Shown piece after piece: positions 63,636 to 64,000 of a DNA stretch of 64,000 bases; the stretch's first letter is position 1, and each line of letters opens with the position of its first letter. The translations under genes and the position numbers were made by a program. The stretch is from Microthyrium microscopicum (taxonomy: Eukaryota), in contig MU004235.1 in NCBI GenBank assembly GCA_010405405.1, positions 1,316,538 to 1,380,537 on the forward strand, written 5' to 3'. Under the pieces are notes generated by a model that had not been told where the DNA came from, ran no database searches, and saw nothing but the letters and a program-made list of their open reading frames with translations.

Positions 63636-64000
63636 TCATATTGCTGCAAAGTGACTGAAGACTTTTAAGGCAGAACAAAGCAAGCCTTTCTCGCAGCAAA
63701 GTCGATTGACAGGTCTTGAATGAAAGGGCATGAACTCCAGAGTCCATAGGGCCTTCTTTTCTCTTTCCAGTTGTAACATGAAGATTTGATTGTAGAAATT
63801 GTGGTCCAAGTTCAAGTGTCGTTCAAAGAACACACCAGAAGTACGCCACCAACCAACTTTCAACGTCACCTTCACCCGGCATCCACAGGCTCGGGCCCAT
63901 GGCGCTCTGCCATCGGCCCGCTTCTCTGGCTCGAGATGAGCGAAATCGTTGGTTTTTATTTCTCGGATTTGGTCTGTGGAAGCTTTTAGTGCGTTGGATG
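63636..64000 (-). CDS. Possible 3' end of a hypothetical gene entering from the right edge
   Basis: Frame is open from the window edge to the stop at 63636 (SNALKASTDQ...FSHFAAI*); no recognised motif. Confidence 0.3.
   Translation of the reverse strand, partial: SNALKASTDQIREIKTNDFAHLEPEKRADGRAPWARACGCRVKVTLKVGWWRTSGVFFERHLNLDHNFYNQIFMLQLEREKKALWTLEFMPFHSRPVNRLCCEKGLLCSALKVFSHFAAI

Overview
Eukaryotic, intron-containing DNA from a filamentous ascomycete. Short GT-AG introns with CTAAC branch points and RIP-type mutation at CpA and CpG suggest a Dothideomycete-like fungus (inference). The first ~20 kb looks accessory. It holds a compact fatty acyl-CoA reductase / sulfotransferase / cellulose-synthase-like GT2 trio (a candidate sulfated-glycolipid cluster), a broken FAD/BBE oxidase, three small genes of unknown function, and a 2OG-Fe(II) oxygenase pseudogene. 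From ~20 to 60 kb the genes are mostly core: calpain-like protease, tricalbin, IMP dehydrogenase with an intronic snR54-like snoRNA, TYW3, SIS1, SEC72, a T5orf172/MUG113 protein, a D-2-hydroxyacid dehydrogenase, CHS5 and striatin. Mobile DNA comprises a 3.4-kb RIP-destroyed TIR transposon in the IMPDH promoter, a 475-bp Tc1/mariner-type MITE, and five copies of a ~212-bp CAAC...GTTG MITE family with 5-6 bp TSDs. Unexplained non-coding structures are a densely base-paired, pseudoknot-capable 226-nt calpain intron and an 11-unit 19-bp minisatellite. All calls were made by eye; no database searches were run.
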